A stretch of DNA of 28,264 bases, from positions 1-28,264 of the forward strand of contig CBFIGT010000018.1 in NCBI GenBank assembly GCA_965662175.1, read 5' to 3'. The first letter of the stretch is position 1; each line of letters starts with the position of its first letter. Under the pieces are notes generated by a model that was given only the letters and a program-made list of their open reading frames with translations, had not been told where the DNA came from and did no database searches. Both the position numbers and the translations under genes were made by a program. Shown in pieces: positions 1-10,349 of the stretch. The stretch comes from Arcobacter sp. GTDB taxonomy: Bacteria; Campylobacterota; Campylobacteria; Campylobacterales; Arcobacteraceae.

Positions 1-206
1 TTGATGCTTTTCCAAAAAAAGGTGCTAGAGTTTTAATGATTGATGATTTAATTGCAACAGGAGGCACAGCAAATGCTGCTGCTAAACTTATTAAGCATGT
101 TAATGCTGATTTAGTTGAAGTTTGTTTTTTAATTAATTTAACTTTTTTAGAGGGTGATAAAAGAGTTAAAGAGCATGCTCCTGTTTATTCTGTTTTGGAC
201 ATATAA
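1..206 (+). CDS. apt: Adenine phosphoribosyltransferase, 3' part (runs off the window start)
   Basis: Frame from nt 3 reads [30 protein letters not shown]...VYSVLDI*. It contains the PRPP-binding motif [13 protein letters not shown]. The stop TAA at 204-206 overlaps the trpB ATG (TAATG). Not in the ORF track. Confidence 0.92.
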   Translation, partial: DAFPKKGARVLMIDDLIATGGTANAAAKLIKHVNADLVEVCFLINLTFLEGDKRVKEHAPVYSVLDI

Positions 207-1417
207 TGAAAGAGATGTATATACCTAAAAAAAGTAAATTTGATCCAGATGAAAATGGACATTTTGGTGAGTTTGGTGGAAGATATGTTCCTGAAACTTT
301 GATGCCAATTCTTTTAGAATTAGAGCATGAATATAAAAAATATAGATTTAATAAAGAGTTTTGGACTGAGGTTAATGATTTATTAAAAGATTATGTGGGA
401 AGAGAAAATCCATTATATCTTGCAAAAAATATTTCAGAAGAAATTGGTGCAAAAGTATATTTAAAAAGAGAAGATTTAAATCATACGGGTGCACACAAAG
501 TAAATAATGTAATTGCACAAGGATTATTAGCAAAAAAACTTGGAAAAACTAAAGTTATAGCTGAAACAGGTGCTGGGCAACATGGAGTTGCAAGTGCTAC
601 TATTGCTGCTTTAATGGGACTTGAGTGTACAGTTTTTATGGGTGCAAAAGATGTAGCTAGACAAGAGCTTAATGTATTTAGAATGAAACTTTTAGGTGCT
701 AAGGTAGTTGCTGTTGAAAGTGGAAGTAAAACACTAAAAGATGCCATGAATGATGCAATTAGATATTGGGTTACAAATGCAAGGGATACTTTTTATATAA
801 TAGGAACAGTTGCTGGTCCTCATCCTTATCCTATGATGGTTAGAGATTTTCAAGCTGTAATTGGTTGGGAAGCTAGACGTCAAATTTTAGAAAAAGAGGG
901 TAGATTACCTGATTATGTATTAGCTTGTATTGGTGGTGGTTCAAATGCCATTGGTATGTTTTCACACTTTATTGAAGACAAAGAGGTTACTTGTATTGGA
1001 ATTGAAGCTGGCGGTTTAGGTCTTGATACAAATAAACATGGATGTTCACTTGAAAAAGGAAGTCCTGGAATTTTACATGGTCAATGTTCATATTTACTTC
1101 AAGATGAAGATGGGCAGGTTTTAGAAGCACACTCATTTAGTGCAGGACTTGATTACCCAGGAATTGGACCTGAACATGCTTTTCATAAAGATAATAAGTC
1201 AGTACAATATGATTCTGTAACAGATCAAGAAGCATTAGATGCTTTTGTGTGGTTAAGTAGAAAAGAGGGAATTATTCCTGCTTTTGAAAGTTCACATGCA
1301 ATTGCATATTTAAAAAAAGCAAAAGAGAAATTTAAAGGTAAAACTATTGTTATTAATCTTTCTGGAAGAGGTGACAAAGATATGGTTCAGGCAAAAGATT
1401 TATTAAATTTCGAATAG
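206..1417 (+). CDS. trpB: Tryptophan synthase beta chain
   Basis: [10 protein letters not shown], the PLP lysine motif [43 protein letters not shown] and NLSGRGDKD. Confidence 0.98.
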   Translation: MKEMYIPKKSKFDPDENGHFGEFGGRYVPETLMPILLELEHEYKKYRFNKEFWTEVNDLLKDYVGRENPLYLAKNISEEIGAKVYLKREDLNHTGAHKVNNVIAQGLLAKKLGKTKVIAETGAGQHGVASATIAALMGLECTVFMGAKDVARQELNVFRMKLLGAKVVAVESGSKTLKDAMNDAIRYWVTNARDTFYIIGTVAGPHPYPMMVRDFQAVIGWEARRQILEKEGRLPDYVLACIGGGSNAIGMFSHFIEDKEVTCIGIEAGGLGLDTNKHGCSLEKGSPGILHGQCSYLLQDEDGQVLEAHSFSAGLDYPGIGPEHAFHKDNKSVQYDSVTDQEALDAFVWLSRKEGIIPAFESSHAIAYLKKAKEKFKGKTIVINLSGRGDKDMVQAKDLLNFE

Positions 1418-1425
1418 GATATTTT

Positions 1426-2121
1426 TTGAAAAGAAGATTAAAAGACAACTCAGGAAAAATACTTTTTGTAATAGTTGCTATATTTATGTCATTTTTGATT
1501 TATAGCTTATATAACGCACCTGTTAGTGGAGTTGAGAATAAGTTTTTATATCTTCTAAAAGAGTATGGATATATTATATTATTTGCATGGTCAATACTTG
1601 AGGGTGAATTAGGTTTGATTATGGCAGGTCTTATGGCTCATGAGGGTTCTATGAACTTATATATGGCAATATTTATTGCTGGTCTTGGTGGATTTGTTGG
1701 TGACCAAATATATTTTTATATAGGACGTTTTAATAAATCTTATGTTCATAAAAAGTTTGCAGGTCAAAGAAGAAAATTTGCTTTGGCACACTTATTGCTA
1801 CAAAAATATGGTTGGCCTATAATTTTTGTACAAAGATATATGTATGGAATGAGAACAATTATTCCAATATCTATTGGACTTACAAGATATAGTGCTAAAA
1901 TGTTTGCATTTATAAATTTGATAAGTGCTTGGTGTTGGGCTGCTATTACAATAGTACCAACATGGTATTTTGGTGAAGAGATTTTAGAAGTGTTAAAATG
2001 GGCAAAAGAACACTGGTATTTTGCTGCACCATTTGGGATTCTTATTGGTGGAAGTATTATTTACTATTTTGCTAAAGTAACAAAGAAAAAGGAAAAAATA
2101 AATGAAAGTAACATTAAGTGA
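1426..2121 (+). CDS. DedA family membrane protein
   Basis: LEGELGLIMAG, GGFVGDQIYFYIGR, YGWPIIFVQRYMYGMR and several hydrophobic helices. TTG start with an AGGA RBS. Confidence 0.9.
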   Translation: MKRRLKDNSGKILFVIVAIFMSFLIYSLYNAPVSGVENKFLYLLKEYGYIILFAWSILEGELGLIMAGLMAHEGSMNLYMAIFIAGLGGFVGDQIYFYIGRFNKSYVHKKFAGQRRKFALAHLLLQKYGWPIIFVQRYMYGMRTIIPISIGLTRYSAKMFAFINLISAWCWAAITIVPTWYFGEEILEVLKWAKEHWYFAAPFGILIGGSIIYYFAKVTKKKEKINESNIK

Positions 2122-3520
2122 AGATAATTTTAAAAAAATAGATACAGAACTTGAAATTTTTATTGTTTTAGATATTGAAAATATTAATAAAATTGATAAA
2201 GAGGTTTTAGAAGATTTAAATTTTAAGGCCAAAGATGAAGAGATAGTTTTTTTAGCTGAATCTAAAAAAATCTATGTAGGATGTGAAGCTGATGATTATG
2301 ATGCAATTGCTATAGCAATTGCAAGTGCTGTTAAAAAGTATAAAAGTACAAAATATAAAAAAGCAAAAATTGAACTATTTGGAGATGAAAAAGCTACTTT
2401 AAAAGCACTTGTGGAGGGGGCTATTTTAGGGGCATACTCTTTTAATAAATATAAAAGTGAAAAAGATAAAGATAATAAAAAAGAGTTAATTATTAGATGT
2501 GAAAATAAAAATGAATTAGATAAAATTTTAGAAGATTCAACATATATAGCTCAATCTGTTAATAAAGTAAGAAATTTTGTAAATACAATTCCAAATGATT
2601 TTTATCCTGATATTATGGCAAAAGAGGCTAAGAAAATTGCAAAAGAGAATGGTTTAACTTGTAAAATTTATTCTGAGGATTACTTAGAAAGAAATGGTAT
2701 GCATGCTATGCATTCAGTTGGACGAGCTAGTGTTCATGAACCAAAACTTATTCATTTGACATATAAACCACAAAATGCAAAAAGAAAAATAGTGCTTGTT
2801 GGTAAAGGTTTAACTTATGATTCAGGTGGATTATCTTTAAAACCTGCTGATTTTATGGTTACTATGAAATCTGACAAAAGTGGAGGATGTGCAGTTTTAG
2901 GAATCATGAATGCAGTTGCAAAACTTAAACTTCCTGTTGAAGTTCATGGAATTGTTGGTGCTGTTGAAAATATGATTGGTGGAGATGCTTATAAACCTGA
3001 TGATGTATTAGTTGCAAAAAATGGCAAAACTATTGAAGTTAGAAATACAGATGCAGAGGGTAGGTTGGTTTTAGCTGATTGTTTATGCTATGCTCAAGAT
3101 AAAATAAAAGATTTTGATTATATTTTTGATTATGCAACATTAACAGGAGCTTGTGTTGTAGGAGTTGGTGAATATACTACAGGAATTATGGGGAATAATA
3201 CAACACTAAAACGTGATGCTGTGTGTAATGCTCTAAATTCAGGTGAATATGCAACAACACTACCTTTTAATAGATTTTTAAGAAAAACTATAAAGTCTGA
3301 AATTGCAGATGTTTGTAATATTGCTAATACTAGATATGGTGGAGCAATTACAGCAGGATTATTTTTAGACCATTTTATTTATGAAGAAAATAAAGATAAA
3401 TGGCTTCATTTTGATATCGCAGGGCCTGCATATGTTGAAAAAGCATGGGGATATAATCCACATGGTGCAAGTGGTGCAGGTGTTAGAATGACAATTGAAT
3501 TTTTAAAAAACCTATCATAA
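2102..3520 (+). CDS. pepA: Leucyl aminopeptidase (M17 family)
   Basis: VGKGLTYDSGG, MKSDKSGG, NTDAEGRLVLAD, ATLTGA and WLHFDIAGPA. Confidence 0.96.
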   Translation: MKVTLSEDNFKKIDTELEIFIVLDIENINKIDKEVLEDLNFKAKDEEIVFLAESKKIYVGCEADDYDAIAIAIASAVKKYKSTKYKKAKIELFGDEKATLKALVEGAILGAYSFNKYKSEKDKDNKKELIIRCENKNELDKILEDSTYIAQSVNKVRNFVNTIPNDFYPDIMAKEAKKIAKENGLTCKIYSEDYLERNGMHAMHSVGRASVHEPKLIHLTYKPQNAKRKIVLVGKGLTYDSGGLSLKPADFMVTMKSDKSGGCAVLGIMNAVAKLKLPVEVHGIVGAVENMIGGDAYKPDDVLVAKNGKTIEVRNTDAEGRLVLADCLCYAQDKIKDFDYIFDYATLTGACVVGVGEYTTGIMGNNTTLKRDAVCNALNSGEYATTLPFNRFLRKTIKSEIADVCNIANTRYGGAITAGLFLDHFIYEENKDKWLHFDIAGPAYVEKAWGYNPHGASGAGVRMTIEFLKNLS

Positions 3521-3525
3521 AATAT

Positions 3526-3552
3526 ATAGATAAGATTTTTAATCTTATCTAT
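3526..3552 (+). terminator. Probable intrinsic terminator after pepA
   Basis: Perfect 12-bp stem ATAGATAAGATT-ttt-AATCTTATCTAT, followed by a pyrimidine-rich tract. Confidence 0.65.
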
Positions 3553-3643
3553 TCTTATCTCTTTTTCTTGGAACTCTTCTTAAAAAATTTAATAATAATT
3601 TTAATTAAATATTATTTAGTTATAATTTTTGATAAATTAAGGA

Positions 3644-4405
3644 ATGAAAATGTCTAATAACTTAAATGAAAAAAAACCTATTATCGCTTTTATCACAACA
3701 TTTGCTGTTGTCTTTATAACTTTATTTAGTTTTTATATGTTTTATGAAGAAAAAGAGGATAAAAAAACCTCTGATAAAGCAAATTTGTTGATGTTAAATA
3801 TTGTAAATGAAGTACAATCAAAAATAGCTCAAGGCGTAACAGCTGTTGACTCTCAAATACTTTTATTAAAACAAAATAATTTTAATACAAAAGATTTTGA
3901 TAAGTGGGCAGATGAACTTATGCGTGGTAAAGATGCTTTAGCTTGTTTACAGTTAGCAAAAAATGGAATTGTATCAAATATTTATCCCTATGAAGAGCAT
4001 AAAAATGCTATGGGACATGACCTTTTAAAAGATAAAAGAAGAGATGATGGAGCTTTATTAGCAATAGAAAAAAAAGATATTACTTTTGTGGGTCCAATTA
4101 AATTAATTCAAAATGGAAAATTTGCTTTAATTGCAAGAAAGCCTATTTTTGAAAATATTAATGGAGAAGATAAGTTTTGGGGTTTTTCTACCGTATTAAT
4201 TTATGTTGATGGTATTATGAAATCATTAGAACAAAAAATTAAAGAGAATGGTTTTGAGTATAAATTAGAGGGCTTTGACCCTGACTCTTCAAACAGACCT
4301 TTATTTAGTAAAAGTGATGGTTTCAAGGGAGAACATAAACTCTCTTTTGACATAAATGTTCCAAATGGCAAATGGATATTTACCTTAGAAAAAAATGATA
4401 ATTAA
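3644..4405 (+). CDS. TM + CHASE sensor domain; N-terminal half of a split histidine kinase (start probably ATG 3650)
   Basis: N-terminal TM helix, then CHASE-like LQLAKNGIVSNIYP...GHDLLKD...FVGPIKLIQ...IARKPIF...FWGF. TATAAT at 3621-3626 and AAGGA at 3639-3643. In frame with the next ORF. Confidence 0.8.
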   Translation: MKMSNNLNEKKPIIAFITTFAVVFITLFSFYMFYEEKEDKKTSDKANLLMLNIVNEVQSKIAQGVTAVDSQILLLKQNNFNTKDFDKWADELMRGKDALACLQLAKNGIVSNIYPYEEHKNAMGHDLLKDKRRDDGALLAIEKKDITFVGPIKLIQNGKFALIARKPIFENINGEDKFWGFSTVLIYVDGIMKSLEQKIKENGFEYKLEGFDPDSSNRPLFSKSDGFKGEHKLSFDINVPNGKWIFTLEKNDN

Positions 4406-4423
4406 TATGATATTAGGCTTATA

Positions 4424-6442
4424 ATGATTTATCTACTCATAACAGCAGTTGCTTTTTCATTTGCATGGTTGGCATATAGATATGAAAAGTTACTTATTAA
4501 AAATAATGAAATTTTAGAAAACTATAATACTGAGTTAGAGAGTGAACTACAAAAAAGAACAGCCCAATTAACCATGCAAAAAAAACAGCTTGAAGATAGT
4601 GAATTTAGATGGAAGTTTGCTGTTGATGGAAATGGTGATGGACTTTGGGATTGGAATGTTAAAACAAATGAGGTTTATTTTTCTAAAAGATGGAAAGAGA
4701 TGCTTGGTTTTACTGAAAATGAGATAAAAGCCTCACTGGAAGAGTGGGAAAAAAGAGTTCATCCTGATGATTTGCAAGAAGTTTATAAAGATATAAGTAA
4801 GCACATCGAGGGGAAAAGTGAAACCTATCAAAATGAACATAGAGTTCTTTGTAAAAATGGTAAATATAAATGGATTCTTGACCGTGGAATAGTAGTTCAA
4901 AGAGATGATGATGGAAGTGCAATAAGATTTATTGGTACACATTCAGATATAGATGAGAGAAAAGAAATTCAAGTTAATTTAGAAAAAGCAAATATTAAAT
5001 TTTCATCAATTTATAATAACTCATTAGACCCAATATTTCTTTTTAGTATTGATAGAAAAAAATTTGATGACCTCAATCCCAAAGCTTGTGAATTATATGG
5101 CTATAGTAAAGATGAGTTTCTAAACTTAGGTGTAAAAGATATTGAAGTTTTGCATGATGATAATAAAATAAAAAAAACCCATGAAGATATTATCAAATAT
5201 GGATGGAAAAGATTTGAATCAAAGCACAAATTAAAAGATGGGACTATAATTGATGTTATGGTAACAGCTGTTTTTACTAAACTATTTGATAAAGAGTATA
5301 TATATGTTTCAACAAGAGATATAAGTTTACAAAAGCAGTCTGAAAATACCATATTAAAACAAAAAGAGGAGTTTGAAACAATATTTCAATATGCCCAAGA
5401 TGGGATAGCTATTACAGATCTAAAAGGTTGTTTTATTAAGGTTAATCCCTCTTTTGAAAGATTAACAGAGTATAGTGAATCTAAACTTTTAGAATTAGAT
5501 GTAAATTCACTTGTAGCACCTGAAGATAAGGAAAATAATAAAAAAGCAATTGTTCAAGTAATCAAAGCAGGAACAGTAGAAAATTTTGAACAGTCTTATA
5601 TCACAGCTAGTAAACAAAGAAAAACTATAAATTTAAGTTTATCTTTACTCCCTGACAAAAAAAGTTTATTATTGACAGTTAAAGATACCTCCTCTTTAAA
5701 AGTAAATGAAGAACAAACAAGATTAGCATCAATGGGAGAGATGATAGGAAACATAGCTCATCAATGGAGACAACCCTTAAGTGCACTATCTACAGCAGCA
5801 AGTGGAATGAAAGTAAAATCAGAATTTGGAATAGAAATCACAAAAAAAGATATTGTTGATTTTTCTGATTATATTATTACCCATACCCAATATCTTTCAA
5901 AAACAATTGATAATTTTAGGAACTTTTTAAAAGGAGATAAAAATTATTCAAATATAAAAATTGAAGATATATTAGAAACTACCTTTAGTCTTACAAATGC
6001 AACAATAAAAAATAATAATATATCTTTGATATGTGAAATTGAAGAAAATATTATGATTAATGGAAGTATAAATGAGCTTAGTGAAGCATTTATTAATATT
6101 ATAAATAACTCAAAAGATGTTTTAAAAGAAAAAGTTCAAAATGAAAAAGAGAGATTTATTTTTATAAAAGCTAAAAAAAATAAAAAAGGTGCTGTAGAAA
6201 TTAGTTTCAAAGATAGTGGTGGCGGAATTCCTGAAAATATCATTCATAGAGTTTTTGAGCCATATTTTACTTCAAAACATCAATCAGTTGGAACAGGACT
6301 TGGACTCTCAATGGTTGATAAAATAATAAGAGAAAGACATAAGGGGCAAATAAACGTACAAAATGAAGAGTTTGTCCATGATGGAAAAAAATATAGAGGA
6401 GCTTGCTTTACAATAACTTTAAAACTAGTAAACACTCTTTAA
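4424..6442 (+). CDS. PAS-domain sensor histidine kinase; C-terminal half of the split gene
   Basis: Begins with a TM helix and has three PAS-like domains (GLWDWN...YFSKRWKEMLG...VHPDD). H-box IAHQWRQPL, N-box NIINNSKD, DSGGGI, FEPYFTSK and GTGLGL. Confidence 0.92.
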   Translation: MIYLLITAVAFSFAWLAYRYEKLLIKNNEILENYNTELESELQKRTAQLTMQKKQLEDSEFRWKFAVDGNGDGLWDWNVKTNEVYFSKRWKEMLGFTENEIKASLEEWEKRVHPDDLQEVYKDISKHIEGKSETYQNEHRVLCKNGKYKWILDRGIVVQRDDDGSAIRFIGTHSDIDERKEIQVNLEKANIKFSSIYNNSLDPIFLFSIDRKKFDDLNPKACELYGYSKDEFLNLGVKDIEVLHDDNKIKKTHEDIIKYGWKRFESKHKLKDGTIIDVMVTAVFTKLFDKEYIYVSTRDISLQKQSENTILKQKEEFETIFQYAQDGIAITDLKGCFIKVNPSFERLTEYSESKLLELDVNSLVAPEDKENNKKAIVQVIKAGTVENFEQSYITASKQRKTINLSLSLLPDKKSLLLTVKDTSSLKVNEEQTRLASMGEMIGNIAHQWRQPLSALSTAASGMKVKSEFGIEITKKDIVDFSDYIITHTQYLSKTIDNFRNFLKGDKNYSNIKIEDILETTFSLTNATIKNNNISLICEIEENIMINGSINELSEAFINIINNSKDVLKEKVQNEKERFIFIKAKKNKKGAVEISFKDSGGGIPENIIHRVFEPYFTSKHQSVGTGLGLSMVDKIIRERHKGQINVQNEEFVHDGKKYRGACFTITLKLVNTL

Positions 6443-6512
6443 AAATGATTTATCTACTTTTTTGCTATTTTTGCCTATAATCCCGAAATAAAATAATAAT
6501 AAAAGGTAAATT

Positions 6513-7613
6513 ATGGGATTAGGTGTAGGAATCGTTGGACTTCCAAATGTTGGTAAATCAACAACTTTTAATGCTTTAACAAAAGCACAAAATGCGCAAG
6601 CGGAAAATTATCCATTTTGTACAATTGAGCCAAATAAGGCTATTGTTCCAGTTCCTGATAAAAGATTAGATGAATTGGCAAAAATAGTTATTCCTGATAA
6701 AATTCAACACTCAACTATAGATTTTGTTGATATTGCTGGGCTTGTACGAGGTGCTTCAAAGGGTGAGGGGCTTGGAAATCAATTCTTATCAAATATTAGA
6801 GAAGTTGAAGTTATCTTACATATGGTTAGATGTTTTGAAGATGGAAATATTACTCATGTTGAGGGTGATGTAAATCCATTAAGAGATATTGAAATCATCG
6901 AAACAGAGCTTATTTATGCTGATATTACTCAAGTTGAGAAAAAAATTGATAGACTTAAAAAACAAGCAAAAGCTTCAAAAGAAGCAGCGGCTCAATTAGT
7001 TATAGCTGAAGAGTTAATGAAGCATTTAGAAGATTTACAACCTGTAAAAACATTTGAAAAAATTGATGATGAAATCTTTTTAGCACTTGATAAAGAGCTT
7101 AGATTCTTATCAAACAAAGATGTGATTTATGGTGCAAATGTAGATGAAGACTCACTTGTAGATGGAAATAAGTTTGTTGATGTATTAAGAGAACATGCTG
7201 AGTCTGTAAATGCTGATATAATTATGCTTTGTGCAAAAATTGAAGAAGAGCTTGTTGGTATGGAAGATGATGAAGCAAAAGAGATGTTAAATGATTTAGG
7301 TGTTGAGGAATCAGGACTTGAAAAAATCATTCATACAGCTTTTGATAAACTAGGACTTCAATCATACTTTACAGCAGGTAAAATAGAAGTTAGAGCTTGG
7401 ACTATTAGAAAAAATACAAAAGCACCACAAGCAGCAGCTGTTATTCATAATGACTTTGAAAAAGGTTTTATCAAAGCTGAGGTTATCTCTTATAATGATT
7501 TCGTAGCTTTAGGTGGCGAAGCAAAATGTAAAGAGGCTGGAAAACTAAGACTAGAGGGTAAAGATTATATTGTACAAGATGGTGATGTTATGCACTTTAG
7601 ATTTAATGTATAA
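6513..7613 (+). CDS. ychF: Redox-regulated ATPase/GTPase YchF
   Basis: GIVGLPNVGKST, NYPFCTIEPN, DIAGLVRGASKGEGLGNQFL and C-terminal DGDVMHFRFNV. Upstream TATAAT at 6476-6481. Confidence 0.98.
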   Translation: MGLGVGIVGLPNVGKSTTFNALTKAQNAQAENYPFCTIEPNKAIVPVPDKRLDELAKIVIPDKIQHSTIDFVDIAGLVRGASKGEGLGNQFLSNIREVEVILHMVRCFEDGNITHVEGDVNPLRDIEIIETELIYADITQVEKKIDRLKKQAKASKEAAAQLVIAEELMKHLEDLQPVKTFEKIDDEIFLALDKELRFLSNKDVIYGANVDEDSLVDGNKFVDVLREHAESVNADIIMLCAKIEEELVGMEDDEAKEMLNDLGVEESGLEKIIHTAFDKLGLQSYFTAGKIEVRAWTIRKNTKAPQAAAVIHNDFEKGFIKAEVISYNDFVALGGEAKCKEAGKLRLEGKDYIVQDGDVMHFRFNV

Positions 7614-7668
7614 TTAAATAATTAAAGATAATTTAGTAATTTTTTTTAAAAAATAATTATTATTTTTA

Positions 7669-7699
7669 CAAGATTTGTATAATTATTATACAAATCTTG
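7669..7699. repeat. 31-bp perfect palindrome (15-bp arms)
   Basis: CAAGATTTGTATAAT-T-ATTATACAAATCTTG in the intergenic region between ychF and the CheW-domain gene. Confidence 0.85.
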
Positions 7700-7754
7700 A
7701 AAGCTCACAAACTTTAAAAAATGTATAATTTCTACTTTATATAAAAGGTAGAAA

Positions 7755-10313
7755 ATGAATAATCAATTAATTAGTTATAAAGGTGTTAACGTAAATCCTG
7801 AGATACTTCACTACTTCAAGCATATGGAGTTGGTGGATGAATACAGGGAAGAGCTAGTTTCATTATCTAAAAGTTGGGATAATTTAACCTTACTAAGTCA
7901 TTTTGGAAATAATAGTACAAATATAAATGAAACAAAAAATAACTTCTCTCAACTTACAAATAAACTATTAAATCATCTATCTAATGAGTTACTACAAAAG
8001 ACAATCAGACAAATGAGTTTTAAAGCTCAAATTTCTATTGATATATTAATCAGAAACCTTTTTGAAAGAACAGATGATATTGGTTTTTTATCCACTGACA
8101 ATGATATTAGAGAGTTTATAAAAAATAATAAAAACAGATATGAACATGATTTTATAAATAATGCAAAAATTTTAAGAAATAGGTTTTTGGAGTATACTCA
8201 AAAATATAGTGTTTATTATGATATTGTATTAATGGATACTAAAGGTAAGGTATTAGTTAAACTAGATAACAGTACAGATATTGATAAATCAAATGATGAA
8301 CTTATTTTTATGGCACTTAATTCAAATGATTATGTTGAGTCATATAAATATCATGATTTTTTACCTGATAGAAAAAGAAGTTTAGTTTATGCTTCAAAAA
8401 TAACAGAAACAAATGATAGCAACACAGAGGCTATTGGGGTTTTATGTTTATGCTTTAGGTTTAAAGATGAGATGAAAGGAATATTTGATAACTTAAAAGA
8501 TGAGAAAAATAAAGAGTGTTTGACTATTTTGGATAAAGATGGTGTGGTAATAGCAAGTAGTGATAAATATCATATTGATTTAGGTACAAATCTTAGTTTT
8601 GATATTAATAGTAAGTTCAACTTAGTTTCCCATGCAGGAAGAGATTATTTAGCAAAAACTTGTAAAACAACAGGTTATCAAGGATATTTTGGGCAAGAGT
8701 GGTATGGGCATATTATGATTCCTATTGATTATGCATTTGTTAGTGAAGATGATAATTTAGATATTGACCAAAATATATTATTGGCTATTTTACAAGAGGG
8801 TGAAGATTTTAGTGAAGATTTAAAACAAATACCTTTAGAAGCTAATAATATTCAAACAAATCTTAATAGACTAGTTTGGAATGGAAATATAAATAAAGGT
8901 GGAGATGATAGAAGAGATAGCACAAAAAGTTTCTCAAGAGCATTATTAAATGAGATAAGTTTAACAGGTGAAAAAACTAAAAAAATATTTGATTTATCAA
9001 TTGCTAATCTAACAAAAACAATTATTTTAAATAATGCAACTTATATAGCATCTTTAATGATAGATATTATGGATAGAAATCTATATGAAAGAGCAAATGA
9101 TTGTAGATGGTGGGCATTAACTCAAGATTTCAAAGATGTTATGGCTTCAAGTGATATTGATAAAACTAATAATCCAAAATTAAATAAAATTTTAAAATAT
9201 ATTAATAGTTTATATACAGTTTATACAAATCTTTTTATTTATGATAAAAATGGAATAATAGTCTCTGTTTCAAATGAAAAAGAGAAACATCTAATAGGAA
9301 TGCAGTTAAACGAAAAAGTTATTAATCAAACAAAAGAGATAAGTGATAGTAATGATTATTTTGTATCAAACTTTATAAGAACAAAACTTTATGATGACGA
9401 TTATACATATATTTATTATGCTTCAATAAAAGAAAAGGATGAATCCCTTGGTGGAATTGGTCTTGTTTTTGATTCTAGAGTTGAGTTTAAAGCAATGCTT
9501 GAAGAGTCAATTCCAGATTTTACAAAAAATGATAATAAAAAATTTGGTGTATTTACAAATAAAAATGGTTTAATAATATCATCAACAAATGAAAAGCTAA
9601 AGGTTGGAGAGAGTTTAGATATAGATAAAAAGTTTTTTGATTTGATAAATGGTGAGTCTTATAGTGAAATTATAGTTTATAATGGTGATTACTATGCAAT
9701 TGGAGCTAAATGTTCCCAAGGTTATAGGGAGTATAAAAAAAGTGATAATTATAGTAATGATGTTTTATCAATATTTTTCTCATATATCTCATCTGCAAAT
9801 CTAAAAATATCAAATTCAAAAGAGATATTTAAAGAAAATTTAAATACTGATAATGAAAATACCCAAGAGTTAGCAACATTTTATATTGGTGGAAAATGGC
9901 TAGGAATTGAGATAGAAAAAGTTATTGAAGTTGTAAGTATTGATAAACTTGATTTATCACCTACAATTAACAATCAACACTATTTTAAAGGTACATTAAT
10001 TTATAACAAAAAAGCTGTTGGTGTTATTGATGTAAAAATGTTTTTAGATGAAAATGTAAAAGAAAAATACAAAGAAGTTGTAATTATAAGCTATTTTGAT
10101 GGTAATAGTGAGGGTTATTTAGGTATATTAATAAATGAATTAGGAGATATTCCTGAAGTTCCAAAATCAAGAATTAAAAAGATAGAAAAATATCTACTTG
10201 GAAATTGTACATTAGTAAATAGTGTAGTTGTCCCTGATGAGAAAGATAAACAAACAAAACTTTTATCTATTCTAGATATTGAGATGTTAAAGGATAATTT
10301 AATTGATAAATAA
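7755..10313 (+). CDS. Soluble protein with two tandem Cache/PAS-like repeats and a C-terminal CheW domain
   Basis: C-terminal CheW-like ELATFYIGGKWLGIEIEKVIEVV...KGTLIY...VGVID...GILINELGDI. Internal repeat IDILIRNLFER / IDIMDRNLYER. No TM helix seen. Confidence 0.75.
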   Translation: MNNQLISYKGVNVNPEILHYFKHMELVDEYREELVSLSKSWDNLTLLSHFGNNSTNINETKNNFSQLTNKLLNHLSNELLQKTIRQMSFKAQISIDILIRNLFERTDDIGFLSTDNDIREFIKNNKNRYEHDFINNAKILRNRFLEYTQKYSVYYDIVLMDTKGKVLVKLDNSTDIDKSNDELIFMALNSNDYVESYKYHDFLPDRKRSLVYASKITETNDSNTEAIGVLCLCFRFKDEMKGIFDNLKDEKNKECLTILDKDGVVIASSDKYHIDLGTNLSFDINSKFNLVSHAGRDYLAKTCKTTGYQGYFGQEWYGHIMIPIDYAFVSEDDNLDIDQNILLAILQEGEDFSEDLKQIPLEANNIQTNLNRLVWNGNINKGGDDRRDSTKSFSRALLNEISLTGEKTKKIFDLSIANLTKTIILNNATYIASLMIDIMDRNLYERANDCRWWALTQDFKDVMASSDIDKTNNPKLNKILKYINSLYTVYTNLFIYDKNGIIVSVSNEKEKHLIGMQLNEKVINQTKEISDSNDYFVSNFIRTKLYDDDYTYIYYASIKEKDESLGGIGLVFDSRVEFKAMLEESIPDFTKNDNKKFGVFTNKNGLIISSTNEKLKVGESLDIDKKFFDLINGESYSEIIVYNGDYYAIGAKCSQGYREYKKSDNYSNDVLSIFFSYISSANLKISNSKEIFKENLNTDNENTQELATFYIGGKWLGIEIEKVIEVVSIDKLDLSPTINNQHYFKGTLIYNKKAVGVIDVKMFLDENVKEKYKEVVIISYFDGNSEGYLGILINELGDIPEVPKSRIKKIEKYLLGNCTLVNSVVVPDEKDKQTKLLSILDIEMLKDNLIDK

Positions 10314-10349
10314 TTATTTCTTAATTAGTTTTTTTAAAAATACTAAAAT

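Noticed and set aside
481..747. Short antisense or alternative-frame ORFs in the track (481-747, 1993-2232, 4710-4942, 5101-5352, 7127-7330, 12923-13177, 17833-18084, 19356-19550, 20592-21531)
   Set aside because: They lie wholly within well-supported genes on the opposite strand and have no recognisable motifs, so they are shadow ORFs.
1127..1160. TrpB has HSFSAGLDY where HSISAGLDY is more usual, and trpB lies outside a trp operon
   Set aside because: This is a single hydrophobic substitution with all other catalytic motifs intact, and dispersed trp genes are common.
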